A stretch of DNA of 64,000 nt from Botryllus schlosseri (GCA_051294905.1 CM119378.1:7192001-7256000), one strand, 5' to 3'; counted from the first letter of the stretch, positions 38,201 to 51,866 are shown. Program-made: numbers and translations. Notes: generated by a model not told the origin, from the sequence alone.

Positions 38201-41200
38201 ACACCTCTGAAATAACTTCTCGACTTTTTCGTAATTTCGCGACTTCATCTGAAAGGGATTGTCGCCGAATTAGAACGAATCAGACGCGGTAACTTGATAC
38301 CAAATTATGACCCGCAATATTGTGATATTTACCTGGTGAGTTCGTGGAGACACACTTCACATCGGGAATAGGTGAAAATATACTCTACAGTGAGCGAGGA
38401 ACTATATTTGTGTCGATCTTGTAGTTATAACTATACACTGCACTTTGTCCACTAGCTAAAATGCATGGAGTAACACTCGCCTCGATTTGGAGCTGCTTTG
38501 TGTCATATGTACTGTCTACGTTACAAGATATCATGACATCACTGAATAGTCAAAATTGTTTCCACCCAAATTTCAATTTCAGTACCGCCAAGCTCATAGC
38601 GAACAAGATTTACGTATGAGTTTGTGCGTAGCAGTTGCCACGCGATTTATGACAAGACGACCACCATTCAGGGTACCGTAGTCAGGAAAGGAACTAGGTG
38701 GTGTCTTGCAAATTTTCGATTGTGTTTAAGGGCGTAGCTAGTCGGAAAAGGAGGCTTTTAATGCCGGTCATTCTTTTGAAATTAATTTGTGTAGCACCGC
38801 CGTAGCCGGATTATACCGATACTACAACGATCAGAGATAACTATCCTTGTGCTGACAGCTCAACACATATAGAGAAGCACGATCCGAAGTCGACAACGCG
38901 CGTGGATCATGTTACAACACAGCCGGAGATGTAAGATTTTGCGAGTGGTTGAAATATGCATCATATGACTCGCTGTCATACCAGATTTCAAATATCATGA
39001 TATTCAAGGCATAATATTTTATGCGGAGAAAGTCGAAACCACTTGTAGCAGTCTTGAGTAACGAACTATTTCATAACTGGTCTGCAGTACATCTACTGTT
39101 CGTGCTGTCTTATTTCATAAAGAATTATGTTCCTTTCGCATCGGTTGACAGCGGCGCTCTGCACATCTAGATTAATTTCGTTATGCCTTATGCGTTGTCA
39201 GTTTAGGATCAATATGCTGTCAGCAAACTCAAGATAGTACAGCTACCCAGAGTTAAGATGGTGAATACCATTATACAATGTAGTGTGTGCTATAGAATCG
39301 CCAATAAACATGAAGCTCGCAACAAATTTCCCCACCTCCAATGCGTTGCTTTTGTGTCGCTGGCGGAGTAAATTACTCTCATTCTCACAGACGAGAGAAA
39401 AAAGGCATCATCGTATTGTTGTCAAACGCGCGTGGCTAATTGTTGATCAGTGCGAACAATCGATCATGCCAATTTGATATTTTAACATGAGATGCATTCG
39501 AATTTGCCTATGAGGTTGCTCACACAAACGAAACACCCCTCTGCCTACATCTCTATTAGTTCATCAATGTGAACAAAATCTCCAAAATCAGCATTAAAAA
39601 TGCTTGCTGTGGCTTACTTTAGCCACATACATAGACATCGTGGTTCATACGCGACGGACGCGAGAGATTGACAGTCAACGTCAAGCAACGATGCTTACAG
39701 ATACCTGAGAGCCGGCTTTTATCAAACAAAACCCGCCAACCTAGTTTGTACCAATAAAAGGAGTTCGTGTTTTATCTAAAAATAGTACATTGAGCTTAAG
39801 CCTCGATTGCTGGAATAGTCATGCCGGTGACGTCATATTCGGTGCTACGATTGTTATTTGTTGATATACATTATACAATGTTATCTTCTTTTCAATTCTC
39901 TAGGATCTCTACTCTAGTTTCCGACGATTACCTCTGGCGAAAGTCAGCCCTAAATATTCGGGTTTACTACAATATTAATATAATATTCAATTGCCTGTAG
40001 CCTGCAGGCCTACCAAGACGCCATCGGCGAAATCCACAATAGATAAGCAACGTCGATCGGATACTTGTCCTCGGCTTCCGCTCAGGCATGGCCGCGCCTA
40101 CTTATTCAAAATTCGACGCAATGCTGATTCGTAGTTATATTTGAAAGTACAGCATTGTCAGCCGTAACGCGACATACTGGTGGCTATATCGTAACCAGAG
40201 GTGGTCACTGGTCAGTAACGAAGTACTACTTATTGAAGTAGCCTACTTAAAGTAGATTTTGCCTACTCGCACTACTTACCAAGTAGTTATGATTTTCGAC
40301 CACTTCTACTTGACAGTTTTCAGTTTTTTGGACAAAAATAGGCGTAGAATAGCTACTTACTTGTGAACCGGCACTCCTATTTCTACTTGAGTAGAAATTC
40401 CGGCGTTACTTCTACTTCTATCTAGGTAGCGACGGTGACTACTTTGACCATCTCTGATCGTAACTAACGCAATCCAGAAGGATAATAACAGAATGGTCAG
40501 TGCGATGCCACAAGGTTGTCGCGAATGGAAGCGATAGCGAAATCACCACAAAAGATCTTTGACCTTCCCGAATTTTGCAACTATGTATTGCAAGTAGGGC
40601 TGGGCACAATGATTCGAGTACTCGAATCTGAATCGACTATTAATTTTAATGATTCGAGTGGAGTAGTAAAAGACGATTTTTTCGAGCACCGAAATTATAC
40701 GCTCCTCGCCACTGAAACTTCATTTATCAAGGAGAATTATAGTTTCGATACTAATTTTCACTGTTGAAGCCTTGAAACCTTGATTGGCCGTAAGGTAGCA
40801 CACGAAACATATACGAACGTAACTGGATATAGCACATTTCCGAAGTCATGATCATCCCACAACATTGTCACTAAGTGAGTAAGTGCAGTATGGTCGAAAA
40901 AATACCTAAGTATCTTCAATGTGATGGATAACAGTATGGTTACCATACGTCCTCTTCTAAGAGGATTTGTCCGGTTTTGCAAGTTTGAAAATTTTGAAAA
41001 AGTGTCCTCTTTTCAGATTTCCAAAATATGATAATCCTAGATTACAGGCATAATACTCTTTGTGGCGACAAAAAGGTACATATGTCAACCATGGCATGTT
41101 ACATTTTCTTATGACGTCATAATGAGGGATACTTGATTACTCGACTCGAAGCATAATACGTGATTTAGAATCGAATCACTCAGGTACTCGATTTTGCCCA

Positions 41201-44200
41201 GCCCTAATTGCAAGGCTTACGGTGTATTGAAATACTATTGTATCGACGATAAAATTCGCATTACGTTCAAATCCTGCTCGAAAGAGACACGAAAGGAATA
41301 GAGAAGGTGTGATATTGGATTTTATCCGTATTAGAAGATGAATAAGCGAGCGTGAACGCTAGGATTGATAGCCTTTGCCAAGTCGATTGATTCGACCGCT
41401 CCTCATGGCTATTCAATATTCATTATATCGCACCGTGTCTTGAGCACAGCATTGTGCAATGTGCATTCGCGTCCTGACTTGTAATAGTAAACTGAGTTTT
41501 GAGTTTGCCTGGTTTTCTAAACTGACCATAACTCCCGAGCATTAGCAAAAACTATGGGTATACAATCTACACAGGTAGAAAGTGTTAATTTTGATGTGTT
41601 CTTCAATGACAATTATCAAGAAATTATATTGTCGCGAAATTAATACTTGGATAAAAATATGCAACGACTCGGTGTGCCAGTGTGTACAGAACGCGAATGC
41701 CCAGATAAGAGCGCGAGATGACCGGGAAATTCCCGACTTGGTCGAGTCGCAAAGCAGTAAGAGAATGAAAGAGCGAGACAGAATTACAGCATACAGAAGT
41801 TCGAAGTACTTAAGTAGTTTTCCTTTATTTCTGGTACTTACTCAAGTAGATTTTTTTCGCTACTTCTACTTCGCAATATTTTGTGAAATACAGTTTTTCA
41901 AGTAGAAGTAGTTTAATCTTTCAATAGGAAAGATAGCCTAAAGAATTTCGGGGCTGTTGTCACGTAGTACCGACATTCTATTTTCATAAAAGTCATGTAA
42001 TACCCAGAATTTTAGCTGCGCTTTGCGCACAGTAGATATGGACTCACAAATATGTTTTAACGAAAGTATCGCTGAATATAATTTAGATACAGGGTTGCGT
42101 GGTTCTGTTTACACCGCATTGTCACCTTTATCAAATATTTCATGCCACATGCCACCTCATTTTGTCGCTTGCGTCTTATATTCTCTGCATTACTTTTCAT
42201 TCAGTGTGCAATGTGCATGCCTCTTATTTACTTCGCCTAGGCTAAGGTGGGTGTCTGATCTTAAAGGCTACTCCAAGCTGTTTAGACACCTTCCTATCTT
42301 TTCATTGTATCGCAGTCTTGTGATGTTTTTGAAACGATGAAAATATTATTAAACCTGATTGATTGATTCATCACAGTAAGTATTGCCCCCATAACGTTTG
42401 CAACTACCGTTTTGCAATCTAGCAATTTCCTATTATACCTAGCACCCCATGACGTGTCCTAATCTGGAAAAGTAGACTTTGACTTTTTTAACGTTAGACC
42501 TGTTTTAGCAGACCGCCCTTGAAACTTTCTGGACAAGACATGAAAAATATTTTATGGTTTTAGAGGTAGTATTCGCATTTTTCTTCCAATTACGAGTATT
42601 ATACGTTGAGTTCTACTTATAGTTTTACTTCTTTTGTCAGGAGAACATACATGTTGAAGCATAAAAACAAGTTGAGTAATGCCTTATATTTCCGAAAATA
42701 AAGCTATCCACTATATGGCAGTTTTACGATCTGCCTTATTTCTAATTAACGCATACTAATCGCGCAAAGTGTTCAAAGCCGTATCCGACACAACTTCTCC
42801 GTATTGCTCTTCGACTGGACTAGGGGCCTTATAATATGGGGGAGGGCGCCATGGCATGATATTCTCTAAAACGGGGTTTTCGAGTCATCAAAGGATTAGT
42901 ATCGCATTTCCATATCAATACTATCATTTACATCCAATGATGTAGTCGACTGCTTATTCTGTCAAAGATTGACACCTCCTGGGATGCATCAATATGAATC
43001 AGGCTATTTACACCTACCGCATATCTTAGGCTTACCATATTTTGGAAATCTAAAAAGAGGACACTTTTTCAGAAATTTGAGACTTGCAAAACCGGAGAAT
43101 TCTCAAAAACCGGTGAATTTTTCCCACTTTGTGATCGGTTGACTAAAAAAAAAGGCATCTTTTCCGCTCAGAGCTCAAAATACTGTTTTTATTTCCGCAT
43201 TGCTAGGTGGATGACTAAAAAAAAGGTCATCTTTCCGCCCGTTTTTCACTCCGAAATACCCGCCGGAGCGTCACTTCTGTGCTTATTTACGGCATATCAC
43301 TCGCAATTTGCTCTAAACCTGACCTAAATTTTCAAAAAAGAGGACAAAAGGGCGTCCTCCGAGGACACTTTAAAAAAAGAGGACAAATCCTCTTAAAAGA
43401 GGACGTATGGTAACCCTAGCATATCTCCATTTGCAGCTTTTGACAGTCCGTGCGGACTAATTACGATCGTTCTCACATCTACTTACTACTTTAAAGTCAG
43501 TCAATTCTACTTCTACTTCAAGTAGTTTTAGGTTGCTTATGTAAGAAGTACTTCTACTAGTACTTGAGTAGATTTTTTTCGTCGTTACTTCTACTTGAGT
43601 AGCTTTCATGACTACTTTGACCACCTCCATTGCAGAGTCAAGGAACGTGGTTTTCGTCAATAACCTAGTCTCGGGAATGCAAGCGTCGACAGATATATCG
43701 CACCGCGACTGTTGCTCAAACACAACATTCCAGTCCTTCGCAAAATTCATAAATCAATGGCCAATCACACAGCAGAACAATGACATTTCAACAATTTCCA
43801 GCTAGACCCACGCCGCACAGCGTAATGTTTCGCACTGTACAGTACACCAATCAGCTATTCATACTCAATGGATTACAAGTATTGATCCTCTTTAGTGTGC
43901 AGATTTTGCTCTTCCTGGAACTTGGTGATTTAATTGGGCAGAGAAGAGTATGCCAGTTTGTATGCTGTGCGACTATCCAAGCCAAGTGTTATCGTCGGTA
44001 ATATATGCAGAGATGACCATGACCAATGACCAAGTGTACTTGCAGTAGTCGAGTGGCGATGCATTGTGACCACTTTTTAAAACCAACTTCTTAGTTTCTG
44101 ATCTAGTGAAGTTGAGAGTAGCTTGTAGATATATTGCCATGGCCGGTTGATGTAGCTTCTATATCATGGTGAAACAAAATCATTTTGAAAATCACAACTG

Positions 44201-46764
44201 TTTTTTTTTTCATTAATTAAAACATGTACCTGCAGCTGTCGCAAAATTGTATATTGCGCGCTGTAATCAGCGATTGGCTAACAAAGCCAGTGAACGTGAT
44301 CCCTCGTTACAATCTACTTTTTCTAGCATTAACTTAGGCTACTTGAGTAGAATTGAATTGCTACTTGTAAAAATTGAGTGGAAACTCAGTTATTATCTCT
44401 GCCCGTGTATCATCAATGAGCTTAACCACGTCTGTATATCTATTGTAGTATCTACTACTACTACCGTTCAGAGGTCAAATGCATGTCATAGGCTTAGTAG
44501 GAAAATGAAACATATCTGACTCTATTGCCAAATGCATTTCCATGCCCGTTAAGTCCCTTTCTAGTCTCACGTCACACTCATGATAATGCATAATTCAGTG
44601 ACTTAGCCCACTTAGGAGTTCACACATTATCCAATTATACATCTGCAGACGAAAATTTTTATGTCAACAAACTTCCACACCTTTGGACTCCCGACAAACC
44701 ATAGACAAACATGTCTCATGCAACACAAACTCATTCTTTTCCACTATTAAAGTTATACTCCCTAACCTAACTATCAATCTATCATGACAACCAGCCTTAC
44801 TCCAACATTCCCCTGACAATTACCTACTGAAATTCAAGATCCTCCCATTCTGCGTGTTATACAAACGAAGTCATCTATGTGCGCATTCACGAAAATTTAA
44901 TATCATACTCGAAAATATTCAAAATCAGTAGGATTTGTGACACCATAAAACGCACATTGATAACGTGTCATACTAGATTTCAATGGTTAAAATCATTGAC
45001 TAATTGTATTCCAAATATAGTCTCAACACAATCACATAGAACCACTATCCTATCTGTTCCTGACTTGCAGCCCTGTCTCAAGATCATGATGAAAAGTGCA
45101 GGAGTACTGTGGGTCAATTGAGAGGCATGGCTCTACTGGAAGATAGTTGAAGATATATCCTGCCTGCAACTTTAAAGAGATTTTTAAGAATTGGGATAGC
45201 AAGCAGAGTTATCCAAGCAGCACACACAAGGAAGGATGATGGTAATTCACCACTACGGATCTCAAAAAGAGCTTTATACTAGGATAACCATATTTTGGAA
45301 TCGGGAAAGGACACTTTGACCAAATGAGAAAAGTTGATCAAGACTGAAAACAGCAAATTTCGCTATTTTTGCTGTTCAATTTGTGAGTTGACTAAAAAAT
45401 GAAGGTCATCACTTTCGTTCGACTCGCACTTTTTACTCAAATTTGGTGGTGTTGACTAAAAAAAGGGTCGTCCCGCTCGTCTTTGCTATTTAGTGTCATT
45501 TAGCCCATTTTAGCTCGAATCTGTCCATTATCCTAGCTGTAAAGGAGGATGAATTGCTAAAATGGAGGACATTTAGGCGTCGTCCGAGGACATTTACAAA
45601 AACCTGAAAAAGGAGGACAAATACTACTAAAGGAGGGTCTATGGTAACCCAACATTATACAAATGACTGCAGTGTGCTTGTGGAGAACATTTCTTCCTCT
45701 GAAAGAATTCTTTTCCGACTATGTTTCAGGTGAAGATAATTTCACATCAAGCATTTTGTCTGGTAACATTGAATTCGCAAACCCTCGACTAAGCACTTAT
45801 CTCACTGCCATTGCATGCATTGAGCTCTCTAAAACGTTTTGCAGTCAAAGTTGACATTCAAACTACAGAAGGGATGTTTGGATGCTCAAAGGCTTTGAGA
45901 TTAGAATGACCGCTATCAATAGACTCACAAGTCGAGGAATTTCTTCTGAAAGATAATAGCAATAGTAACAAGGCTGTGATCATCCTGAACGAGAACGTGA
46001 CCGTACAAAACATTTCCTTCGTGTAGAACCATTTCGCAAAAAGCATGCTCGAAACAAGGAGACCATAAACAAATCACAACTATATCCCCACACAAATCTA
46101 TAAGGTTGGGAAGACAGACTACTTAACATCGCAAAAGATGCACCAAGTCAAGGAAGAGGTGACAATACTCCGGATCGGGAACTTTCAATTATTCGCTGTC
46201 TTTCACATGATAACGTAGAAAAATACAGCACAAGCAAAGGTTTCTGGAGATCACATGACGTTGAAGAAGCCTGGCAATGCAGGGAAGCAACTGACTACAA
46301 TCTCTATCCTTCGCTAATTCTGCTCAAAGTAGCACACATACAAAATGAGTTAAAAAAAGAATCAATATGTATACATATCACACCTCGTGCTCTATATAAA
46401 TCCGCCAGTATCTTCCAGCGCTTGGAAACTGCGAAACGAGTCTTTCGTATATTCTTCTGGCCTTGTTTATGGAACTTGTCTATCAAAAGTGAAATGCTAT
46501 TATTATACGGATGATGAACGTGTCGAAGTGTAGACAAGAAACAAGTTCATAAAACAGATTCTGATTCAATCAAGATCCCCACAAATACCTGAGCTTCTCG
46601 TATCAAAGCACTCCAAGATTCAACATCGTACGGAGAGGTCTCTAGCTTTTTCTCAATCTTCTTTATTCTTTCCGGAACATATTCCTGCAATAAATACACT
46701 CATCATTGATGAATATTGGTGACAAAGATATCACGGGTACCATTTCCTCAGTCTTTTTCTCCAT
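29263..46764 (-). CDS. CSTF3: Cleavage stimulation factor 77 kDa subunit (CstF-77 / suppressor of forked), 18 coding exons, 718 aa
   Basis: Exons (minus): 46764-46741, 46684-46589, 46479-46384, 38248-38118, 38058-37957, 37800-37674, 36632-36471, 36413-36332, 35901-35792, 35728-35537, 34321-34178, 32993-32891, 32822-32753, 32686-32552, 31343-31283, 31205-31040, 30156-30001, 29462-29263. All are GT-AG and phase-consistent, 2157 nt total. Peptides [102 protein letters not shown] and the C-terminus [12 protein letters not shown] match CstF-77. Confidence 0.97.
30697..30883. mobile_element. Short MITE with about 45-bp imperfect TIRs in CSTF3 intron 16
   Basis: agttagcttatccgggaaaatgttaatcgcgcgattaaaaactgtt is inverted at the right end as aacagttttaatcagacgattagcattctcccggaaaatctaact. 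Confidence 0.7.
33163..33708. mobile_element. hAT-type MITE in CSTF3 intron 11
   Basis: TIR TAGAGGTCGACCGAT with subterminal GCCGATA repeats. TSD GTTTGCAT / GTTGGCAT (7/8). Confidence 0.85.
40196..40456. mobile_element. High-copy hAT-type MITE (CAGAGGTGGTCA family)
   Basis: Imperfect TIR CAGAG(G/A)TGGTCA. Perfect TSD ATCGTAAC at 40188-40195 and 40457-40464. Related full or partial copies lie near 0.9, 12.5-13.1, 15.0-15.4, 27.6, 29.5, 33.8-34.0, 36.1, 36.7, 41.8, 43.5 and 44.0-44.4 kb. Confidence 0.85.
40595..41206. mobile_element. hAT-type MITE (TAGGGCTGGGC family) containing a nested fragment of the TAGGGTTACCAT family
   Basis: TIR TAGGGCTGGGCA. Perfect TSD ATTGCAAG at 40587-40594 and 41207-41214. 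Confidence 0.88.
42130..42367 (+). mobile_element. LINE 3' end copy in CSTF3 intron 3
   Basis: Close match to 3535-3760 in the opposite orientation, ending aaacctgattgattga. Confidence 0.75.
43027..43418. mobile_element. hAT-type MITE (TAGGGTTACCAT family)
   Basis: TIR TAGG(C/G)TTACCATA. Perfect TSD GCATATCT at 43019-43026 and 43419-43426. Partial copies near 7200-7357 and 50356-50470. Confidence 0.88.
45280..45652. mobile_element. hAT-type MITE (TAGGGTTACCAT family)
   Basis: Ends taggataaccatattttggaa ... atggtaacccaa. TSD CTTTATAC / CATTATAC (7/8). Confidence 0.8.
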
Positions 46765-46909
46765 TGCTTTCGTCACTACTGTAATCAACAGCAAGTTAAT
46801 TAATAGAGCTACATCATAAAGTAAAACAAAATCATGAGCACGAGCAGTTGGACAGTACTACAAAATCTGCGGATGAAGCAATAACTTCGAATGTTCACAG
46901 AAATTGTGC

Positions 46910-47812
46910 AGGTTAACTCTAAACGGCGGACCGCGGAACACGTATTATTAAACGGCGGACTGAGCGGACCATTACAAAATAGCTCAAATCTAAACGGCGG
47001 AACTGGCAGACCGCGGAACTCGCAATACTAAACGGCGGACCAGGAGGAAATGAGGACCGAGCGGACTATTACAAAGACCACAATGTAAACGGCGGACCGC
47101 GGATCAGGCGCAACAGATTACAATGTAATGACAATTAAAAGTTTATTACATAGTAATGAAAAACATATAGTACCAGGGATGTCTACTTCTAGACATCCGT
47201 GTAGGTTGTCCGACAAATGACCAGACCATGCGATACAGCTGAAAACGACAGTTGAGCATCTGACACTTTAGCATGCATCACTTCAGCATGTGACCCAACC
47301 CGAACCCAAAACAAAACCCTGAAATTAACCGCTATATACATCATAAACCCGAGCCTTACCCTAAGCTAACCGTAAGTCCAACCCTAACCCGCAATTTTAC
47401 CCACATGCTCACATGCCAATGAAAATCGTCCATGCTCCAATGCCCAGCGCATAAGTGTAGTATGCTATAATGTCGCATGCTCATGTGTATAGTACAAAAC
47501 GACATGGAATAAAGCGAAATTGTGTCGTAACTAGAAGTTAGAGAATTACATTACTTGACAAAATGACACCACTTGACAATTTTTTAACAAAATATAAGCT
47601 TCAACAAAGTCCAGGAAAAATAAACTTGGGAAAATTATGAGATGCGCCTGATCCGTGGTCCGCCGTTCACATTGCGAATTTTCTGATGTTTAGTATTGCA
47701 TGTTCTGCTGTTCAGATTTGATCTATTTTGTTATGGTTTGCTCGGTCCGCAGTTCCGTCGTTTAGTATTGCAAGTTCCGCAGTCCACTCATTCTGCCGTT
47801 TAGAGTTGCCCC
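46910..47812. mobile_element. DNA-transposon-like element with subterminal AAACGGCGGAC repeat arrays, just upstream of the CSTF3 ATG
   Basis: Ends AACTCTAAACGGC / GCCGTTTAGAGTT. Direct repeats at 46921-47100 are mirrored in inverted orientation at 47640-47810. The interior resembles the repeat at about 30530-30665. Superfamily not assigned. Confidence 0.7.
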
Positions 47813-49644
47813 AACTGCGCATGGTCATCAATGTTGACGGAATCAATCAAGATCAAATGGTAGTCATTCTCAAAATTTAGGAACTGAGTCGATAACCTTG
47901 TGGTTTCTTAGCAATTTTAAATTTAAATCAGGGTTCCTAAAGTTTTTCAGCTTGTGACACACTATAAAAATCATAAAAGCTAATATGAGAACTCTTAAAA
48001 GAGAAAAGTTGCTTCAAAAATGTTTGTTTTCGCATGGTAATTCGATGGATTTGCTTGTTTATATGAATATATGACTGAAACAGGACCTCGACCGGGAATC
48101 GAGACACAGTCTCCTTTGCTGTTAGCAAGGACATATAGGCCCACCACTACAATAACTACATCAATTAGGCGGTACGCAGAACTAGCAGGATGGAAAGTAC
48201 AAATTCAAGTAAATTACAACATAATAACACAATGACGTGGTAATTACCCTACTCTATGTGGCGAGATGGTGTGGTACGTTCCACAGTTGCAACACAAATG
48301 CGTTGTGAGTATAGTCCAACGGAGTTCAATCTAAAATTCATACTCAAGTTTTGGGGTCTGTCTAGGCTCTTTCTCACTATCTGATACATGTAACCCTTGC
48401 TATACAAGTTGGCAGATCAAGAATCATGTTAAAGAATATTGGGCTGCTGGTGTTAAATGACCAGAAGTATAGCCAAAACACAATGAATACCAAGGTTCAA
48501 GAATATGAAACAATTCCACAATTGGCTTCATAGTCACATGTCCTTATTTATCATCTATTGAATCATTCAGGGATTAGAGATTATCATCATCATCATCATC
48601 ATTGGTTTAGTAGCAATTTTATCAGTTCAAGTTTATCAGTCATTATTTTATTTAAATTTGGTGCAAGCGCAAGGTACCGTAACAATAATGCATATTTGCA
48701 TTCATTTGACGTTGGTGCTTCGTGCTTGCAATACAGCGACTCATTTTGACTGAGAGACACATAAATGAGATGACTACAGTAACCTGAGATTACCGGACCT
48801 CGATCTGACATATCAACCTCGCCTACCGACACATGCGTTGTTTTTCAATTTTCATCACTATAGTTGTTTAATATTATCCCTTTGTTCTTTCCAGTTTCCA
48901 TCCAGTGTGCATGCCTCTTTTTTACATCACCTAGGCCCAGGTGGGCGTCTGATGTCAAAGACTACTTCCAGTTCTAGTCATTTCGATAGCTTCTTATCTT
49001 TTCATTGTATCACAATATAGTGGTGTTTTTGAAAGGATAAATTATCAACAATTAACTCATACTCACATACCCTCTCCATTCAAATATTCTCACGTAGGAT
49101 TAAAATGGCATCCAAATACGCTTACATTTGCATCACGGTGTTAGAAAATAATAAATTCAAACGATTATACGCTGGCTCACTAATTACTTTCCACGCGGAA
49201 GAGCACGAGAGAATTAGAACGCCACATGACGACGAAGTCAAAATACGAAAAGCGCGCACCCGAAAGCTTTGCCATCCGGAATATCTCGACTGCTTTGGGA
49301 TTACCGCACGGGTGAGCTAATCAGCTTGCAAGTCGCAACTACTGAGCTGTATCAACGCTGTGAGCGATGGACTATCGATAACTAACCTACATACGCTGTC
49401 GAAACGACTTGAAGTGGTATTTTAAATGCCTACGATTGACAGAGTGCAGAATATTGAACACTTGATGAACATAATGAATGTGGCAGTGTCGGTAGGTGAA
49501 GTCGATGTCAGATTGTGACCAGGTAATCTCGAGAGCTGACTGGTATTTATATTCAGTAGAAACTGCATGTATTTTGACTTGATTGGGGACAAATACTCGA
49601 CGACTGTCGGACAGCAGTCAAAATGCTGTTGCGCAGTAGTATAC

Positions 49645-49710
49645 CGACAAGATAGCGTAATGGCGAAGGGTCCTGCTTCTTGATCGGTAGGTCGTGGGTT
49701 CGATCTCCTG
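49645..49710 (+). mobile_element. tRNA-like SINE head of a second family
   Basis: gacaagatagcgtaatggcga...gatcggtaggtcgtgggttcgatctcc. A related copy lies at about 28100-28170. Confidence 0.55.
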
Positions 49711-49905
49711 CTTCGCGCTCATGCATTACTGGGATAGCATGGAGGGGTGGTGCATGACTTAGAAAGCCGTAAAGGCTATATCTGCACTTCCTTGTCCAGC
49801 GGCATTTGCACATCATGCACTCATGGTATGCATATGCACAGATCGTGTGTATGTGTATCATGAGTCGGTGTATATGCCGCAAAAAACATCAAGGACAAAA
49901 ATAAA

Positions 49906-50217
49906 CTACGTCCTTCCCTTTCCTTGTAGGCCGGCATATTTGATAGGGCGATGTGTTTTCATGAAATTCTTGCCGTAGATGCGGAACGACAAAGACGCCC
50001 GCGTGTTGTACTTGGTCTCCCCTGATTCCGATATGAAGAAGTGTTGAATTTTGCGGGTCAGTAACCGATACATAAACTTGGCCATTTCCAGCTTCATCAT
50101 ATCTTCGATGTCTAGCTGGAGTATCGATTTGTAAGTTGCATATCCGAGGCTCATTTGGGGTCCTGGCGATGTGCGGTAACTTACTTTATTAAGGGACTTT
50201 GATATAGGCTGGAACAA
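49906..50217 (-). mobile_element. Decayed LINE ORF2 fragment (region C-terminal to the RT domain)
   Basis: YKSILQLDIEDMMKLEMAKFMYRL...KYNTR...RPIKYAG resembles the post-RT segment of CR1/L2-group elements. Confidence 0.65.
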
Positions 50218-51866
50218 AGTGTTGGGAGGTCAGCACTTATGTGTATTTTCTACTTTTGTATGCATGTTGAACGAAACAAAGGTATTTTATTAAAGTCTAT
50301 TCCCTATCTAAACGTATCTGTGTGTCTGATGGGAAAACCACTACCAAGTCGCTTAGGGTTACCATATTTTGGAATCGGGAAAGCAGGACACTTTTTCAAA
50401 TTTTCAAACTTAGAATGCCGGAGAAAAATCTTTTTTTCCCACTTCGTGGTCGGTTGACTGAAAAAAAGTCGCTACCTCTTACCTATCTTTTCATTTGATC
50501 GCCTCTTGAAATGAAGAAATATCAATACACTGATCTGAACCATAAGAGCGATGATATATCATTGATATTGATACCTCAATAATTCTCTTGACTATATATC
50601 GATCTCAACTGTGCAAGACTCTTCTCAATGCTTCTGATAATGCCACTACATAAATACTACAAATCATGCAGAAAACAGCTATTATTTCAGAGAATAATAC
50701 GCATAATACGTGTGTCAGCGTAATGTTGTCAAAGCCATAGCGTTCGGAGACAAATCCATGTTCACCACATCTATCATCAACAATTGACGCAAACATGCGC
50801 ATAATAGCAACACTGGACAGGACATTCAAAACTTTCCTGGGTGCCAAATGACTTTCAGTCGCCCAACGAAATAATATGGATTCAATGATCTACTAATCTA
50901 GCATTGAAAATTAATTTCACAACTTAAAGCATGTAGCATGTATGTGGTACATTTTCCAGTCATTTATTGCAGTGCTTCGCAAACCCTAGTTATAATAATC
51001 CATAAAATGATATACTAAGCAAAGAAATTGTAATATAAAGGAGCTATTATTTGAAGACATGGGCATGTAGTTGTCGAGCGGCATAACTGCTCAGGCTATA
51101 TTGAAGTCCAGATGCTACATAGCGTAACTCCATATTATCTAGGCAAGATGACAGATTCCAACACTGATGTTGACAACCACAAACACGCAAAACCATATGA
51201 AAAAAGTGTAAAAAAACAGAGTACCATACATAAAAGTATAAACATATGAATGAAAGCAAGTATAAAGTTATAATATGATTACCAGTAATACGAATCACTC
51301 AGTACCGCTAGTGACAATAATAAATGGGCAAAACGAATCATTTCAAGATTACAGAAAGAAGTAAAAAAGTACCCATACTAGACGTATCGTAAATATATCA
51401 ATTTTGACAGAAAAACGCTCAGCTCATTGAGAGGTGTGATTGTCAAGCTTCGGAGACATACCGAGCCCTGCAAAATAATGTTGATTTTTTGTTACTTGGT
51501 CAATTGCACGGTACCAACAACATGTCTGACTACAGTCAGTGATGCAAAAGAACACTTTTGAGGAAAATCAAGTTGGATGCTGAGTATTTGACTGCAATGC
51601 AATATGCATCAATTATGTGGAACACACTGAAGAACTTCAACACAACACAGCCGTAAATGAAAATACCATAGGTTAGTTTAAAAAATTGTTAAGTTATGGC
51701 CTACAGCACAACGAAGACAATTCATAATGTTGGGAGAAGCCATGGGCTACTGACCGATTTCCAATTTGGAGATTTATGAAGTGATACTGCCATCTTTGTA
51801 TAGCTGTCATTGTATTTGACTAGTGGTATGAATTTACTAGCCATAGTTCCACTCAAATATTGTAAG

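Noticed and set aside
46921-47100. Spaced direct repeats AAACGGCGGAC resembling a CRISPR-like array
   Set aside because: Repeats are short and irregularly spaced, mirrored in inverted orientation at 47640-47810, and lie inside a TIR-bounded element in a eukaryotic genome. No cas genes.
48558-48749. ORF with a His6 run
   Set aside because: A (CAT)n microsatellite in intergenic sequence next to a LINE remnant.
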